DNA of 64,000 nt from Felis catus (GCF_018350175.1 NC_058368.1:139874001-139938000), one strand, 5' to 3'; positions 36,754 through 51,043 are shown, numbered from the stretch's first letter. Program-made: numbers and translations. The notes: a model not told the origin generated them from the sequence alone.

Positions 36754-37220
36754 GTTTTTTTGTTTTTGTTTTTTTTTAATTCACATTAGTTAACATACAG
36801 TGTAGTCTTGGCTTCAGGAGTAGAACCCAGTTATTCATCACTTAACATATAACACCCAGTGCTCAATCCAACAAGTGCCGTCCTTAATGCCCATTGCCCA
36901 TTTAGCCCATCCTTCCATCCACTTTCCCTCCAGCCACCCTCAGTTTGTTCTGTATATTTAAGAGTCTCTTAGGGTTTGCCTCCCTGTCTGTTTTTCTCTT
37001 ATTTTTCCTTCCCTTCCCCTATGTTCATCTGTTGTGTTTCTTAAATTCCACATATGGGTGAAATCATATGATATTTGTCTTTTTCTGACAAACTGTTTTA
37101 TTATCTCTGACAAATTATTTCTCTGGCAAATTATTTCACTTATCATCATACACTCTAGCTCCATCCATGTTATTGTAAATGGCAGAATTTCATGATTTTT
37201 TTTATCACTAAGTAGTATTC

Positions 37221-37271
<51 letters not shown>

Positions 37272-40200
37272 ACATCTTATTTATTCATTCATCAGCCGAT
37301 GGACATTTGGGCTCTTTCCATACTTTGGCTATTGTCAATAGGGCTGCTGTAAACATTGGAGTGCATGTGCCCCTTCAAATTAGCACTTTTGTATCCTTGG
37401 AGTAGATACCTAGTAGTACAATTGCTGGGTTATAGGGTAGTTCTGTTTTTAACTTTTTGAGGAGTGGCTGCACCAGTTTACATTCCCATCAACAGTGCAA
37501 TAGGGTTCCCTGTTCTCTACATCTTCCTCAACATCTGTAGTTTCTTGTGTTGTTAATCTTAGCCATTCTGACAGGTGTGAGGTAATATCTCATTGTGGTT
37601 TTGATTTGTATTTCCCTGATGATGAGTGATGCTAAGCATCTTTTCATGTGTCTGTTAACCATCTGGATGTCTTCTTTGGAAAAGAGTAGTCATGTCTTTT
37701 GCCCATTTCTTCACTGGATTATTTGTTTTTTCGGTGTTGAGTTTGAGAAGTTCTTTATAGATTTTGGGTACTAAACCTTTATCCGATATGTCATTTGCAA
37801 ATATCTTTTCCCATTCTGATAGTTGCCTTTTAGTTTTGTTGATTGTTTCCTTTGCCGTGCAAATCTTTTTATTTTGATGATGCCCCAATAGTTCATTTTT
37901 GCTTTTGTTTCCCTTGCCTTCTGAGACATGTTTAATAAGAAACTGCTGCAGCCAAGGTTAAAGAGGTTGTTGCCTGTGTTCTCCTCTAGGATTTTGATGG
38001 TTTCCTGTCCCACATTTAGGTCTTTTATCCATTTTGAATTTATTTTTGTGTATGGTGTGAGAAAGTGATCCAGGTTCATTTTTCTGCATGTTGCTGTTCA
38101 GTTTCCCCAGCACCATTTGCTGAAAAGACTGTCTTTTTTCCATTGGATACTCTTTCCTGCTTTGTTGAAGATCAGTTGGCCATACGTTTGTGGGTCCATT
38201 TCTGGGTTTGCTATTCTATTCCATTGATCTATGTGTCTGTTTTTGTGTTAGTACCAGATTGTCTCAATGATTATGCTTTGTAATGCAGCTTGAAGTCTGG
38301 AATTGTGATGCCTTCAGCTTTGGTTTTCTTTTTTCAAAATTACTTTGGTTATTCAAGGTCTTTTTTGGTTCCATACAAATTTTAGGATTGTTTGTTCTAG
38401 CTCTGTGAGGAATGCTGGTGTTGTTTTCTTAGGGATTGCATGGAATACGTAAATTGCTTTGGGTTGTATCAACATTTTAATAATATTTGTTCTTCCAATC
38501 AATGAGCATGGAATGCTTTTCCATCTCTTTGTGTCTTCTTCAATTTCTTTCATAAGCTTTCCATAGTTTTCAGCATAGAGATCTTTTACCTTTTTGGTTA
38601 GGTTTATTCCTAGATATTTTATGGGTTTTGGTGCAATTATAAATGGGATCGAGTCCTTGATTTCTCTTTCTGTTGCTTCATTATTGGTGTATAGAAATGC
38701 AACCGACTTCTGTATAGTGATTTTATATCCCATGACTTTGCTGAATTCACGTATCAGTTCTAGCAGTTTTTTGGTGGAGTCTTTCAGGTTTTCCATGTTG
38801 AGTATCATGTCATCTGCAAAGAGTGAAAGTTTGACTTCTTCTTTGCCAATTTGGATGGGTTTTATTTCGTTTTGTTGTTTGATTTCTGAGCTAGGACTTC
38901 CAACACTATGTTGAACAACAGTGGTGAGACAATGCACATCTCTGTTGTGTTACTGACCTTAAAGGGGATAGCTCTCAGTTTTTCCCCATTGAGGATGATA
39001 TTAGCTGTGGGCCTTTCATATATGACTTTTATGATGTTGAGATATGTTCTTTCTCATCCCTACTTTCTTGCGGGTTTTTATCAAGAAAGGATGCTGTATT
39101 TTGTCAAATGCTTTTCTGTGTATATTGAAAGGATCATATGGTTCTCATCCTTTATTTTATTAATGTGGTGTATCACATTGACTGATTTGTGAATATTGAA
39201 CCAACTCTGCAACCCAGGAGTAAATCCCACTTGATCATGGTGAATAATTCTTTCAATGTCCTGTTGAATTCGATTTGCTAGTGTTTTGTTGAGAATTTTT
39301 GCATCCAGTTACATCAAGGATATTGGCCTTTAATTCTCTTTTCTGGTGGGATATTTGTCTGATTTTGGAATCAAGGTAATGCTGGCTTCATAGAATGAGT
39401 TTGGAAGCTTTCCTTCCGCTTCTGTTTTTTGGAACCATTTGAGAAGAATAGGTATTAACTGTTCTTTAAGTGTCTGGTATAATTCCCCTGGGAAGCCAAT
39501 TGGCTCAGGACTCTTATTCGTTGGGAGATTTTTGATAACTGATTCAATTTCTTTGCTGGTTATGGGCCTGTTCAAATTTTCTATTTCTTCCTGTTTGAGT
39601 TTTGATAGTGTGTGAGTATCTAGGAATTTGTCCATTTCTTCTAGATTGTCCAGTTTGTTGGCATATAATTTTTCATAGTATTCTCTAGTAATTGTTTGTA
39701 TTTCTGTGGTGTTGATTGTGATCTCTCCTCTTTCATTCCTGATTTTATCTATTTGGGTCCTCTCTCTTGTCTTTTTGAGAAGTCTGGTTAGGTATTTGTC
39801 AATTTTTTTTATTCTCTCAAAAAGTAGCTTTTAGTTTCATTGATCTTTTCCACTGTTTTTTTCTATATTGTGTATTTCTGCTCTAATCTTTATTATTTCT
39901 CTTCTTTTACTTGGTTTTAGGCTTTATTTGCTTCTCCTTTTTTCACTCTCTTAGGAGTAAGTTTAGGTTGTGTATTGGGGCCTTTCTTGCTTCTTGAGAT
40001 AGGCCTGAATTGCAATGTACTTTCCTCTTGGGATTTTCTGCTGCATCCCAAAGGGTTTGGACTGTCTTGTTTTCTATTCATTTACTTTCATGTATTTTTT
40101 AATTTCTTCTTTAATTTTCTGGCTAACCCATTCATTCTTTAGTAGGATGTTATTTAACTTACATGTATTTGAAGGCTTTCCAAATTTTTTCTGGTGGTTG

Positions 40201-42357
40201 ATTTCAAGTTTTATAGTATTGTGATCTGAATATATGCATGGTATGATCTTGACTTGTTGAAGGCTGATTTGTGACCCAGTATGTGATCTATTCTGGAGAA
40301 TGTTTCATGTGCACTTGAGGAGAATGTGTATTCTGCTGTTTTAAGATGAAGTGTTCTAAATATAGCTGCTAAGTCTATATGGTCCAATGTGTCACTCAAA
40401 GCCATTGTTTCCTTGTTGATTTTATGTTTAGATGATGTGTCCATTGTTGTAAGTGGAGTACTAAAGTCTCCTACTATTATGGTATTATTATCAATGAGTT
40501 TCTTTATGTTTGTGATCAATTGCTTTGTATATTTGAGTTCTTTCAAGTTGGGTGCATAAATATTTACAATTGTTAGATCTTCTTAGTGGATAGGATATAA
40601 TGCCCTTCTTTATCTCTTATTACTCTCTTTATTTTAAAATCTAGTTTGTTTAATGTAAGGATGGTACTCTCTCTTTCTTTTGACCTTTGTTAGCATGATA
40701 GATGGTTCTCCATCCCCTCACTTTCAATCTGCAGGTGTCCTGAGGCCTAAAATGAGTCTCTTGTAGGCAGCCTATAGATGAATCTTGTTGTTTTTTTTTT
40801 TAATCCATTCTGATATCCTATGTCCTTTGCTTGGGGCATTTAGTCTATTTACATTCAGAGCAATTATCAAAAGATATGACTTTACTGCCATTGTGTTAGT
40901 TGTAGATTTGGTGTTTATGGTGATGTATTCTGGTCCTTTGTAGTCTTTGAAGTCTTTGGCCTTTTTTTTTTTCCCTCCACTCAGAGAGTCCCCCTTAAAA
41001 TTTTTTGCAGGGCTGGTTTAGTGGTCACAAACTCCTTTAGTTTTTGTTTGTCTGGGAAAGTCCTTAGCTCTCCTTCTATTCTGAATGGCAGCCTTGCTGG
41101 ATAAAGGATTCTTGGCTGCATATTTTTCCTGTTCAACACATTGAATATTTCCTGCCACTCCCTTCTGGCCTGCCAAGTTTCAGTGGACAGGTCTGCTACT
41201 ACCCATATGTGTCTACCGTTGTAGGTTAAGGACCTCTGGTCTAGTTGCTTTCAGAATTCTCTTTATCTTTGTATTTCACAAGTTTCACTGTGATATGTCA
41301 TGGTGTTGACCTGTTTTTGTTGATTTTGAAGAGAGTTCCCTGTGCCTCTTGGACTTGGATGTCTGTTTCCTCCCTCAGATTAGGGAAGTTCTTAGCTATA
41401 ATTGGTTCAAATAAACCTTCCACCCATTTTTCTTGCTCTTCTTCTGGGACTCCTATGATATGGGTGTTGTTTCGTTTCATGGAATCGCTTAGTTCTCTAA
41501 GTCTCCCTTCATGATCTAGTAACTTCCTTTCCCTCTCTTTTTCAGCTTCATTATTCTCCATGATTTTGTCTTCTATTTCACCTATTCTCTGCTCTGCTTC
41601 TTCAGTCCTCATTGTCACTGTATCTAGTTTATTTTGCATCTCAATGGTAGCATTTTTAAATTCATTCTTACTGGTTCTTAGGTCTTTAATCCCTGCAACA
41701 AGGGTTTCTCTAGTGTCTTCTATACTTTCTTCAATTCCAGCTAGTAATCTTATGACTGTTGTTCTAAATTCTTTTTCAGATATATTGCTTATATCTGTTT
41801 TGAGCAGGTATAATCCCTGGCTGTAATTTCTTCTTGACCTTTCCTTTGGAGAGAATTCCTCCATCATGTCTTTTTTGGCTAAGTTTCTGTCTTTTGTGTG
41901 TTTTAAAAGCTTGTTATGTGTCCTGCGCCTGAGAGTACTACTATATTAAAAAGGGGTCATACACTGTCCAGGGCCTGGGACTCCAGGAATTGTTTCTGAG
42001 GTATGCTGTGTGCACTCTGCTGTTGCGTTTTGTTTGCTCTTTCCCATTTGTCAGTCCTCTGCAGAGCTTCCCCTTGCTTGCAGTGGTGGAATGTTTGGAC
42101 CTTTAACTAGGTATGCTTTGATTTGTTTGTTGAAGTAACTCTGAGAAAAAAAAAGTGGGGGTGGAGGAAGTCTGATCCTATAAAAACAGAAAAGGAAAGG
42201 GAACAAAAAGCAAACACACATAGAATAAAAAAAACTATAAGGCCGATTCCAAAGAAAAAGAAAAGAAAAAGGATAAAAAAAGCAGAAAAAAAGAGAAAAG
42301 AAGGAAAAAGAAAAGAATAAAATGCATATGTATGTATATATATAGGTGTATATATGC

Positions 42358-42389
<32 letters not shown>

Positions 42390-43466
42390 GGAAATGACAA
42401 AAAACAAATCAGAAACTATGAGCCTCATTTCGAAATTAAAAAAGAAGAAGCAGGAAAAAAAAAGTTGTCTGTTGGTTGCTTGGCGGGTAGTGGCTATGCT
42501 AGTCTGGAGAAAGGCCAGCTGCATTGGCACTGACTCATTCTTGCCTCAGTAAATAAGCAGTTGCTGGGCACAGAGTGGTGGGATTTGGTCTAAGTGGGTC
42601 CCGCCTCCACTGGGGGCTTCTGTGTTGCTCTATGAAGTCCTGTGTTGCTCTATGAACACCTTGTTGGTGTTGGGGGGAAAATGGCGCCACTCCAATCTCT
42701 TGTCCTGGCTGGGGATCCCAATCCCCGTTATTCACAAGCAGCCCTCACGGTATAGTGAGGGCAGTCAGCTTATCCTGCACCACAGCCATCTTGCGCACAC
42801 AGCTGGGATTCAAAACGCAAAGTATTAAAGGACGCTGCATGGCACACATCTGCTCCCCTCCTCTGGAGTAGAGCCTCTCTACCCTGGTGATGAAAGGCCT
42901 TTGACTGGTACCTGCAGCGTCTTTTGTCCCTGGGGAGGCAATAAGCACTCTCCCAAAAGTATTCCAGGAAGAGGACCAGTGCACCCTGGAGATCTCTACA
43001 TCATGCTCTGCACTCTGGGCCAGCTCTCTCCTCCCCAGGAGCATAGGCAACAACTCCACTCCAGAGAAAGTCACACACTTCCAAAACCTCAGAGTTTGAG
43101 CTCCAGAAGCTGTTTGCAAAAAATAACTGGGACATTCAGTACTTCTCACGCCCCAATCTGTGGTCCAGAGAGGTTTTCCTCTTGTGCTAACTTGATGCTG
43201 CACCTTCTCAGCTCTTCTCTTTCTCTCCCTGTTGTCTCCACACAGAAAGGATTCCCTTCCCCTCTGTGGCTTGGCCATTTTTCTCTCCCCCAATTCACAT
43301 CCATGCACTTCCCACCTGCCAAGCTATCTCCCTCCATCTGTGGAGATCCTTCTGTCTCTCCACAGATCTATTTCCTGGGGGTTCCAAGTAATCTGACCTC
43401 AGTACAGCTATGTTTGAGAGATGAGGAAAGCCCAGGATCCCCCTTCTTCTCAGCTATCTTAACTCT
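36754..43466 (-). mobile_element. Full-length (~6.7 kb) decayed carnivore/felid LINE-1
   Basis: 5'UTR (~41950-43466); ORF1 remnant (41298-41867: coiled coil, KRNNTHIIGVPEE); ORF2 start at 40891 [46 protein letters not shown]; 3'UTR and poly-A; TSD gggccttctg at 36744-36753 and 43467-43476; ORFs broken by many stops and frameshifts. Confidence 0.96.
37224..37268. repeat. (TA)n microsatellite within the L1
   Basis: About 22 perfect TA units. Confidence 0.92.
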
Positions 43467-44377
43467 GGGCCTTCTGTTTTTCTGTGAGCTAATTCCTTTT
43501 CCTCTTCTCTCTCTTCCTCTTCAGTTTAGTTTGACATAGGTTTCTAGCACGTGCTGTAGAAGGAGTTCTGACTAAAACACTTACTCAGAACTGGCAAGAA
43601 AATGAAAATGAGAAAATGCATCAGGAAAAATTTTTGAGAAATTAGCTTGATGATGAAAAATCTCCTAAAATACAATACAAACTGATTTAATATCAATTAT
43701 CAAAATGTTTTTTGAAACCAGATTTTGTGTGAAATTGTGACAGAAGTTTTCAATGGCTCTTGGATTACAACACCCCTCAGGAAAAAAAAATAGCTAATAT
43801 TTATGTTTACTTGCAGAAGAGAAAATTTCTCCTGAATATTTTGTTCTCCTAGCACCCAGTTCCAATAAGTTTGTGAAAGCTGGTGAGTAAATGTATCTAT
43901 TCTTTTATAATTCAGTTCCTATGTCCAACTTTATTTCCAGGGTTAGGGGATTATATTGTGAAGTGAATCCCAGGCACAAAAAGCATTTCTTCGTGTGCAA
44001 TATTTACACTATCCAGTAAATCAGATAGTACTTGTAATTCCTTTGAGAATTTGTAGGAAAACCATGAAATTTCAGCTGATGTCTGGCCTTGGAAACCTCA
44101 AAGATTCATTATGGGATGGTGAGTCTTGTGGCAAATCCTTGTTCTCTCCTAGTCACCAAGATTTCTCATTGCCACCAAGCAATGATCTTAGCTATAGGTG
44201 ACTTGCCAAAAAAGCGACCCATAGCTGTACAGCAAAAATGAATAATTCATAATTATTATGAGGCTTCTTCATTCAGAAGTTCAGAGCTGTGTGAGTTCTG
44301 CCATGTAACATATTCATGGAAGCAGCTAGGGTTGTGAAAAGCAAGGAGGGTCACGCAGTGATTGAGACAAATCATCT

Positions 44378-44777
44378 CTTCTCAAAATTTGTTTTCAGGA
44401 CCACTTAAACTCTTAAAAATTATTGAAAAGTTAAAAAAGCTTTTGTTTATTTGGGTTATATCTCTTTACATTCACCATATTAGAAGTTAGATCAGGAAAA
44501 TCTAAGTATTGGGAAGCTTACATTCACATGGTGCAGGTTATGAGTTTCCAATATTCTAATTTATATTGAAAGGTTAGAGTTTGTAATTGGCAACAATTAC
44601 TGTGTTCTTGCGGCGCCTGGGTGGCGCAGTCGGTTAAGTGTCCGACTTCAGCCAGGTCATGATCTCACGGTCCGTGAGTTCGAGTCCCATGTCAGTCTCT
44701 CTGCTGACAGCTCAGAGCCTGGAGTCTGCTTCAGATTGTGTGTTTCCCTTTCTCTGCCCCTCCCCCACTCACTCACA

Positions 44778-44815
<38 letters not shown>

Positions 44816-45182
44816 AATGAATAAATGTTAAAAACGTTAAAAAGTACACTAAAAAGGAGTGTACTCAGGAGTTGAGAACTAACAATTTTTAGTGCTTTAT
44901 CAGGGCGTTCTTTATGTGACACTGGCTTATTTTTTAACTGCAAGCACATGGCAGTGAAGAATTCAATGACTAAAAGAATAGTTTGGTGCCACTGCTTTGA
45001 TTGGTGCTAAGGTGCCAGCAGTTTGACCCACATTGCTTTTGTGCCATCAACACAAAGGTCAATCCAGTGGAAAATGCACTTATCATCTTAATATTATTAT
45101 GAAAATAATTTGACCTTGTGGATTCCTTGAAAGGAATTGGGAACTGCCAAGGGATAGCAGACCATACTTTGAGAATCACTGA
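44378..45182. mobile_element. hAT/Charlie1-like DNA transposon remnant, interrupted by a SINE
   Basis: Ends cttctcaaa... and ...gaccatactttgagaatcactg resemble hAT TIRs; internal Charlie1-like sequence. Confidence 0.6.
44610..44843 (+). mobile_element. Can-SINE
   Basis: Canonical head, (CT)n, A-rich tail. Confidence 0.9.
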
Positions 45183-45516
45183 TTTAAGAAATGCTATTAT
45201 TCTATCACTTAAAAACAAAAAGCCTTCTTGAGTGCATATTATTGCTAGGCAGTTCTAAGTGTATGGGGTGTGTCTGAACAAAACAAGGAGCTCTGTCTGC
45301 ACAGAGGCTGTTTTCTAGCAGGGTAGTGATAGACAATCAGACAATAGATATTATAAATAGGTAAGTTAGGAGATACATTAGGAGATGATAAGTGCTGTGG
45401 AAATGTACAGAAGTACAGCAAGGTAAGGGCGATTGGGAGTGCTCGAGGTGTCCAGTAGCAGGTGGAAATTTTAGACTGGTCAGGATAGACCTCATTGCAA
45501 AGGTGATATTGATAAA

Positions 45517-45960
45517 GTTTTTTTTTTTTATTTTTAAATTTGAATCCCAATATAGTTAACATACAGTGATATATTGGTTTCAGGTGTACAATATAGTGAT
45601 TCACCAATCCTATATCACTCAGTGTACATTACGAGTGCACTCCTTAATTCCCTTCACCTATTTCACCCATCCCCCACCCATCTCCCCTCTGGTAACCATC
45701 AGATTGTTCCCTATAGTTAAGAGTCTTTTTCTTGGTTGGTGTCTTTTTCTCTCCCTCCCCCCCCCCCCGCCCCTCCCTTTGCTCATTTGTTTCTTAAATT
45801 CCACAAAGAGTGAAATAATATGGTATTTGTCTTTCTCTGACTGACTTGCTTCACTTAGCTTAATATTCTTTAGCTCCATCCATGTCATTGCAAATGGCAA
45901 GATTTCATTCTTTTTTATGGCTGAATATTATTCCATTGTATGTATATACCACATCTTCTT
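45517..45960 (-). mobile_element. Carnivore L1 3' end inserted in L2, followed by a 3' SINE fragment (~45962-46050)
   Basis: L1 3'UTR motifs; ORF 45658-45900 MPFAMTWMELKNIKLSEASQSEKDKYHIISL is the typical L1 3'-terminal sequence. Confidence 0.85.
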
Positions 45961-46519
45961 CTTTTTTTAATGTTTATTTATTTATTTTGAGAGAGAAAGA
46001 GCACAGAGGAGGGGCAGAGAGAGAGGGGAGCGAGAATCCCAAGCAAGCTTGTGGCTAGCTAATAAAGGAGCATTTCAAACAAGGGAACGGCCGTATAAAT
46101 ACGGGAGTATGAGTGACACGGTCAAAATAGCATAAGGAAGCCAATGAGAAAGGAGTGGAGGTATCGAATGGTGAAGTTTTGGGATATGTGGTCAGAGAAG
46201 GAAGGGAGGGAACAGATCATGTAGAGAAATAGTAACTGCTGGAGGAGTTTTAGCAGAAGAGGGACTTGACTTCTCTTATGCTTTAAAAAGGTCATTTTTG
46301 TTGCTGTATTGAAGATAGACTATACAGGAAAAGGAAAGAAAATGGAAATTAATTAAGAGACTTGTGCAGTAATCTGATGAAAGATAACAGATGGTTGGGC
46401 CAGATGTGGAACTGGCGAGAAGAGGGAGTCCACGGAACTTGGTTCTGATATGGAGTGTCAGAGAGAGAAGTCAAAGGGAACTTCAAAATGTTTGGTCTGA
46501 GTAACTGTAAAGATAATGT

Positions 46520-47860
46520 ATCTCATATATGGAAATTAACTCAAAATTTACCATAGATCTAAGTATAAAATGATAAACTTTTAGAAGAAAACATAGGAGA
46601 AAATCTCCATGACCTATGGGTAGGCAGAGAGTTCATGACACCAAAGGCATGATTCGTAATATAGAATTTAAATATATTGGACTTCATCAAAATTAAAAAT
46701 TTTGCTCTGTGAAAGACACCATCTAGAGAATAAAAATAAAGTGACAGTATGGGAAAATTATTTGTAAATTACATATCCCATGGGATATATATTTATGTGT
46801 ATACACACATACACGCACACAATTTAGAGTTAACAATAGGAAAACAAGTTTGAAAATGAGAAAAAGATGTGAACAGATACTCCCATAAAAATGGCAAATA
46901 AGCACATGGTAAGATGCCTAACATCATTCACCACTAGGGAAATGCACCTTAAAGCCACCAATGCATCTCTTAAGATGCCTAAAATAAAAAATACAGACAA
47001 TGGCACATGCTGGTGAGGATGTGAAGCAGCTGGGTCTCACACGTCGTTCGCAGGAGTACAAGATGGCATGGCCCTGTGGAGAACAGTTTAGTTTCTTCTG
47101 AAGTTAAGTATCCACTTATCATGTAACCTAGTAATCCCACATCTAGATGTTTGTCCTAGAGAAATGAAAACTTAACCTTGATTGAAACCTGTACATGGAT
47201 ATCCACAGCAATTTATTTGTAATGAGAAAAAATTGCAAATCATCCAAATGTCTTGTCCTTCAATAAGTGAATGAGTAAACAAGCTGTAGCATTTGTATAT
47301 AAGTGAGTGTTGCTCTACAGAAAAAAGAAAAAGAGGAAGATGCATGCGACAACTTGGAGGGATGATGTCAAGGGTGTTCTATTATGCTAAGTGAGACAGG
47401 CAATCTCAAAAGGTTACACACGATATGATTCCATTTATATAATATTCTTGATATGATAAAATTATAGCAAGGGGAAGGTGTCCATGGCTGCCAGGGGTTA
47501 GGGATGGAATGAGGAGGGCATAGCTATAAATGGGTAGCATGAGGGAATTTATTTGGGGTAATGGAACAGCTGTAAATACTGATTGTATCTACTGCTGGTT
47601 ACAAAAATCTAAACATGTGATAACATCTCACAGAACAATGTACCAAAGAGGAAGAAGCATGCATGTTAAAACTGGTGAAATACAACTAAGTCTGTACTTA
47701 CTTGTATTTAATAGTATCACACTGATCGTAATTCCCTGGTTGTTGTAATTATACTATGGTTATGTAAGATGTTATTTTGGGGGCAAGCTGGGAAAGGGTT
47801 CTCAGGAACTCTGTACTATTTTTGCAAATTCTCTTTGAGCCTAAAATTACTTTAAATGAA
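46520..47860 (+). mobile_element. Old L1M (ORF2 end + 3'UTR)
   Basis: aaattaactcaaaa...ttagaagaaaacataggagaaaatct...gacttcatcaaaattaaaaa...tgctggtgaggatgtgaagca...ctctgtactatttttgcaa. Confidence 0.8.
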
Positions 47861-48253
47861 AAGAAAAACGATAGCATTTCCATTAGCTGGGATGAAAAAG
47901 GCTGCATATAGAGCAGATTTTAGAGATGAATTCAGTTGTGGATATCCTAAATTGGAGATATCTATTTTATACACTTATGTATACAAGTGTGGAGTTTGGG
48001 AGAGAATTCTGAATGAGATATACATTCAGGAAATGAATTTAAAGCCAGGAGACTGGATAAGCTCATCTAGGGCAGAAATATAAATCAAGAAGAGAAGCAG
48101 AGGCAGGAAGGAGCCTTGGGGTACTCTATTATCAGACAGCTTGAGAAAGTAGAGAGAACTCTGACATTATAGTTTCAAGTTTAGTGTTTCCCTTTTATGG
48201 AAAACTTTGTGGTGTGCATGCTTGTGTGCATGTGTGTATGCGTGTGTGCATGT

Positions 48254-48254
<1 letters not shown>

Positions 48255-48301
<47 letters not shown>
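48255..48301. repeat. (TG)n microsatellite
   Basis: About 23 TG units preceded by degenerate tgtgca repeats. Confidence 0.92.
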
Positions 48302-48302
<1 letters not shown>

Positions 48303-48839
48303 CTTGATAGAGTTCTGTTCCAACCAATAGATAGTTTTAATGGTAGATTTGAACCTCTTTCAGTTATTATGGTCTTTCTCTATTCCTCTGTACTTTATTA
48401 ATTACAGTAAAAATTTTCAGTGTATCAGTAGGAATGCTCCTCTCTTTTCCTCAATTATTGAACTCTGGTCAATGATTTTACAACCTATTCTTCTAATGCC
48501 TGCTACCTCAAGGATTGTGTATGGTAACCTCACTGCTTTGGGAGAAATGAACATGCATTCAGGTAAAAGAGGATGGAGCATCTGCTGTGAGACCACTTTC
48601 CTTAATGGAGAAATAAAGACACATTTAGGAGAAATTTTCTCATTATCTTCTTATTTTGTTTTCCTGAAATCATGGCTCTTTTATGGCCAGTCTGTACTCT
48701 TGCCATTTTTGTCTTCAACCAAATGTTTTATCTCCTTTGCCACCATCTTCCCATTATCATTGCTTTTAAAAAAATAATTCACTTAGTTAACTGAGTTTAG
48801 CTTCATATTTAGGCAAATCACTGTAATTACTTTATATGT

Positions 48840-49305
48840 TTAGGAATGCAGCCTTGGTTAGAAGGAAATTATAATCCGTAATGCATATGTTAGAAGACAA
48901 GAAAAGGTGAAAATCAATGATCTAAATATCCACCTCAGGAAGTTGGAAGAAGGACAGCAAAGTAAACCCAAACAAAGGAAAAAGAAAGATATAATAAAGT
49001 TAAAGGCAGAAATTAATGGAATAGAACAAACATACAGTAGAAAAGATCAACGTAAATGAAAGTTGGTCTGTGCCAGAAAGATTGACCAAGAAAAAGAGAG
49101 AAGCTACAAATCACCAATATCAGGAATTAAAAATGGGACGTCACTTTGGATCCTATAGACATAAAAAGAATATAAGAGAATATTGTAAAAATGCATTCCC
49201 ATGAATTAAAAAATAAATGAAATAATATAATTCATAGTAAACACAATGTACCAAACTGACATCTGTTTCTAACATAAGTAGAAATAGAAAATCTGAATAA
49301 TTCTT
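48840..49305 (+). mobile_element. Old L1M ORF2 fragment
   Basis: aaatcaatgatctaaatatccacctcaggaagttggaa...caaatcaccaatatcaggaat...gaaatagaaaatctgaata. Confidence 0.7.
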
Positions 49306-49952
49306 TTGCAAATTGCCTATTTATACTCTTTGCTCATATTTCTATTGAGATTTTTGTCTTAAAAAAAATCAACCAATAGAATTTCTTTAAATGCTAATAC
49401 ATTAAGCCTTTGTTATATTCATTGCAAATATTTCCCCGAGTGTTTTTACTTTCATGTTTTATTCATAAAGTATAGAAATTTATATTATACAGTTAAATTT
49501 GTTGAACTTTTTTATTATAATTTCTTTTGCTTTTATGCTCAGTCTATCCCTGTATAGTTTCTTCTAGTTTATGATGTTGATGTGTGTGTATTTTTAAATT
49601 AATTCTTTAAAACTTGTGGGACTTAGTGTGATGTGTGACACGTGGCAAGGGATCTTTTTCTTCCCCCTGGACTAGTCAGTATTCTTAGTGTCATTTAAAA
49701 TATAACCATTGATTTTTCCACTGGTTTGTGATGCTTTCTTGACCAAATATTAAAAACTTGTAGGGTCTGTTTCTTTGAAAATTTCTCTCTTCACTCTTCT
49801 TTGACGTTATTCTTTGAAATTTTTGGCTTTTCCTTCACACCTTTTTTCAAAAAAAATTCAGAGTAATGTATCATGTTAAAAAAATTCCAGGGAATTTATG
49901 TAGGCATTTCATTAAAGCTAAATTGTAATAGCTATAACATATCAAATGGTTA

Positions 49953-50106
49953 GGGGCACCTGGGTTAAGCGTCCAACTTTGGCTCAGGTCATGATCTCAC
50001 GGTTTGTGAGTTCAAGCCCTGCATCGGGCTCTGTACTGAGAGCTCAGAACCAGGATCCTGCTTCAGATTCTGTGTCTCCCTCTTTCTCTGCCCCTCCCCT
50101 GCTCAT

Positions 50107-50157
<51 letters not shown>

Positions 50158-50185
50158 AATAAAGAAACATTAACATTTTTTTAAA
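49953..50185 (+). mobile_element. Can-SINE with long (CT)n
   Basis: Small deletion in the A-box region; flanks aaatggtta / aaagtggtta. Confidence 0.9.
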
Positions 50186-50207
50186 AGTGGTTAAAGTACA
50201 TATTTTT

Positions 50208-50436
50208 GAAAAAAAATTTTTTAATGTTTATTTTTTGAGAGAGAGAGAGAGAGAGAGAGGGACATAGCATGAGAGGGGGAGGGGCAGAGAAAGAGAGGGA
50301 GACACAGAATCCGAAGCAGGCTCCAGGCTCTGAGCTGTCAGCACAGAGCCCAACGTGGGGCTCGAACCCACAAGCTGTGAGATCATGACCTGAGTCGAAG
50401 TCAGATGCCCAACTGACTGAGCCACCCAGGCGCCCC
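50208..50436 (-). mobile_element. Can-SINE
   Basis: TSD taaagtacatatttt / taaagtgcatatttt. Confidence 0.92.
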
Positions 50437-51043
50437 TAAAGTGCATATTTTGTAATATGACATACATTATCTGTAACATGGGAATAGTGATACTTGACAC
50501 ATTGTTTGGAAAGATGAAATGAAGTGAAAACAGGATGTAAAACACCTTGAATGGTCCTTGACATGTTAGTAGGTGCTCGTTAATTAAAATAACTAAGAAT
50601 TACTAACTCCCATTATTCTATGCCTCTTAATAAATGATGCCATTTATTACCATTAGTAATAAATTAGTATTTGATGTTTCCGTTCTTATATGTAAAATGT
50701 CTCTCCTTTTATGTAAACCTTTTATATCTTTCAACAAAATTCTGATTTTTTTTCATATCAATCACACTCTTTTTGGTTAGTTTTATTCTTAGGTATTTTA
50801 TAGTTTATACTGTTGTTTTGCATAGACTTGGTTTTTTTCCCATTATATCTTTTTGGTATTGATGCTGTGTAGGCAAGACTTTGAAAGTGTTTATTTATCT
50901 TATTTAAATTTATCTGATTATTTGCCAAAAAAAAAAATGTAAGAGCTTTTCAGTTGATTCTCATATGGGCTACAAGTAACGATGGTCTTGTATCCTTATT
51001 TCCAGTAGTTAAATTGCTATTTTTGCTCTCAATTTCTTTCCTT

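Noticed and set aside
36754..43466. Active L1
   Set aside because: ORF1 and ORF2 are fragmented by many stops, frameshifts and small deletions
42745..43539. 187-aa and 212-aa ORFs
   Set aside because: They lie in the GC-richer L1 5'UTR and show no recognisable protein homology
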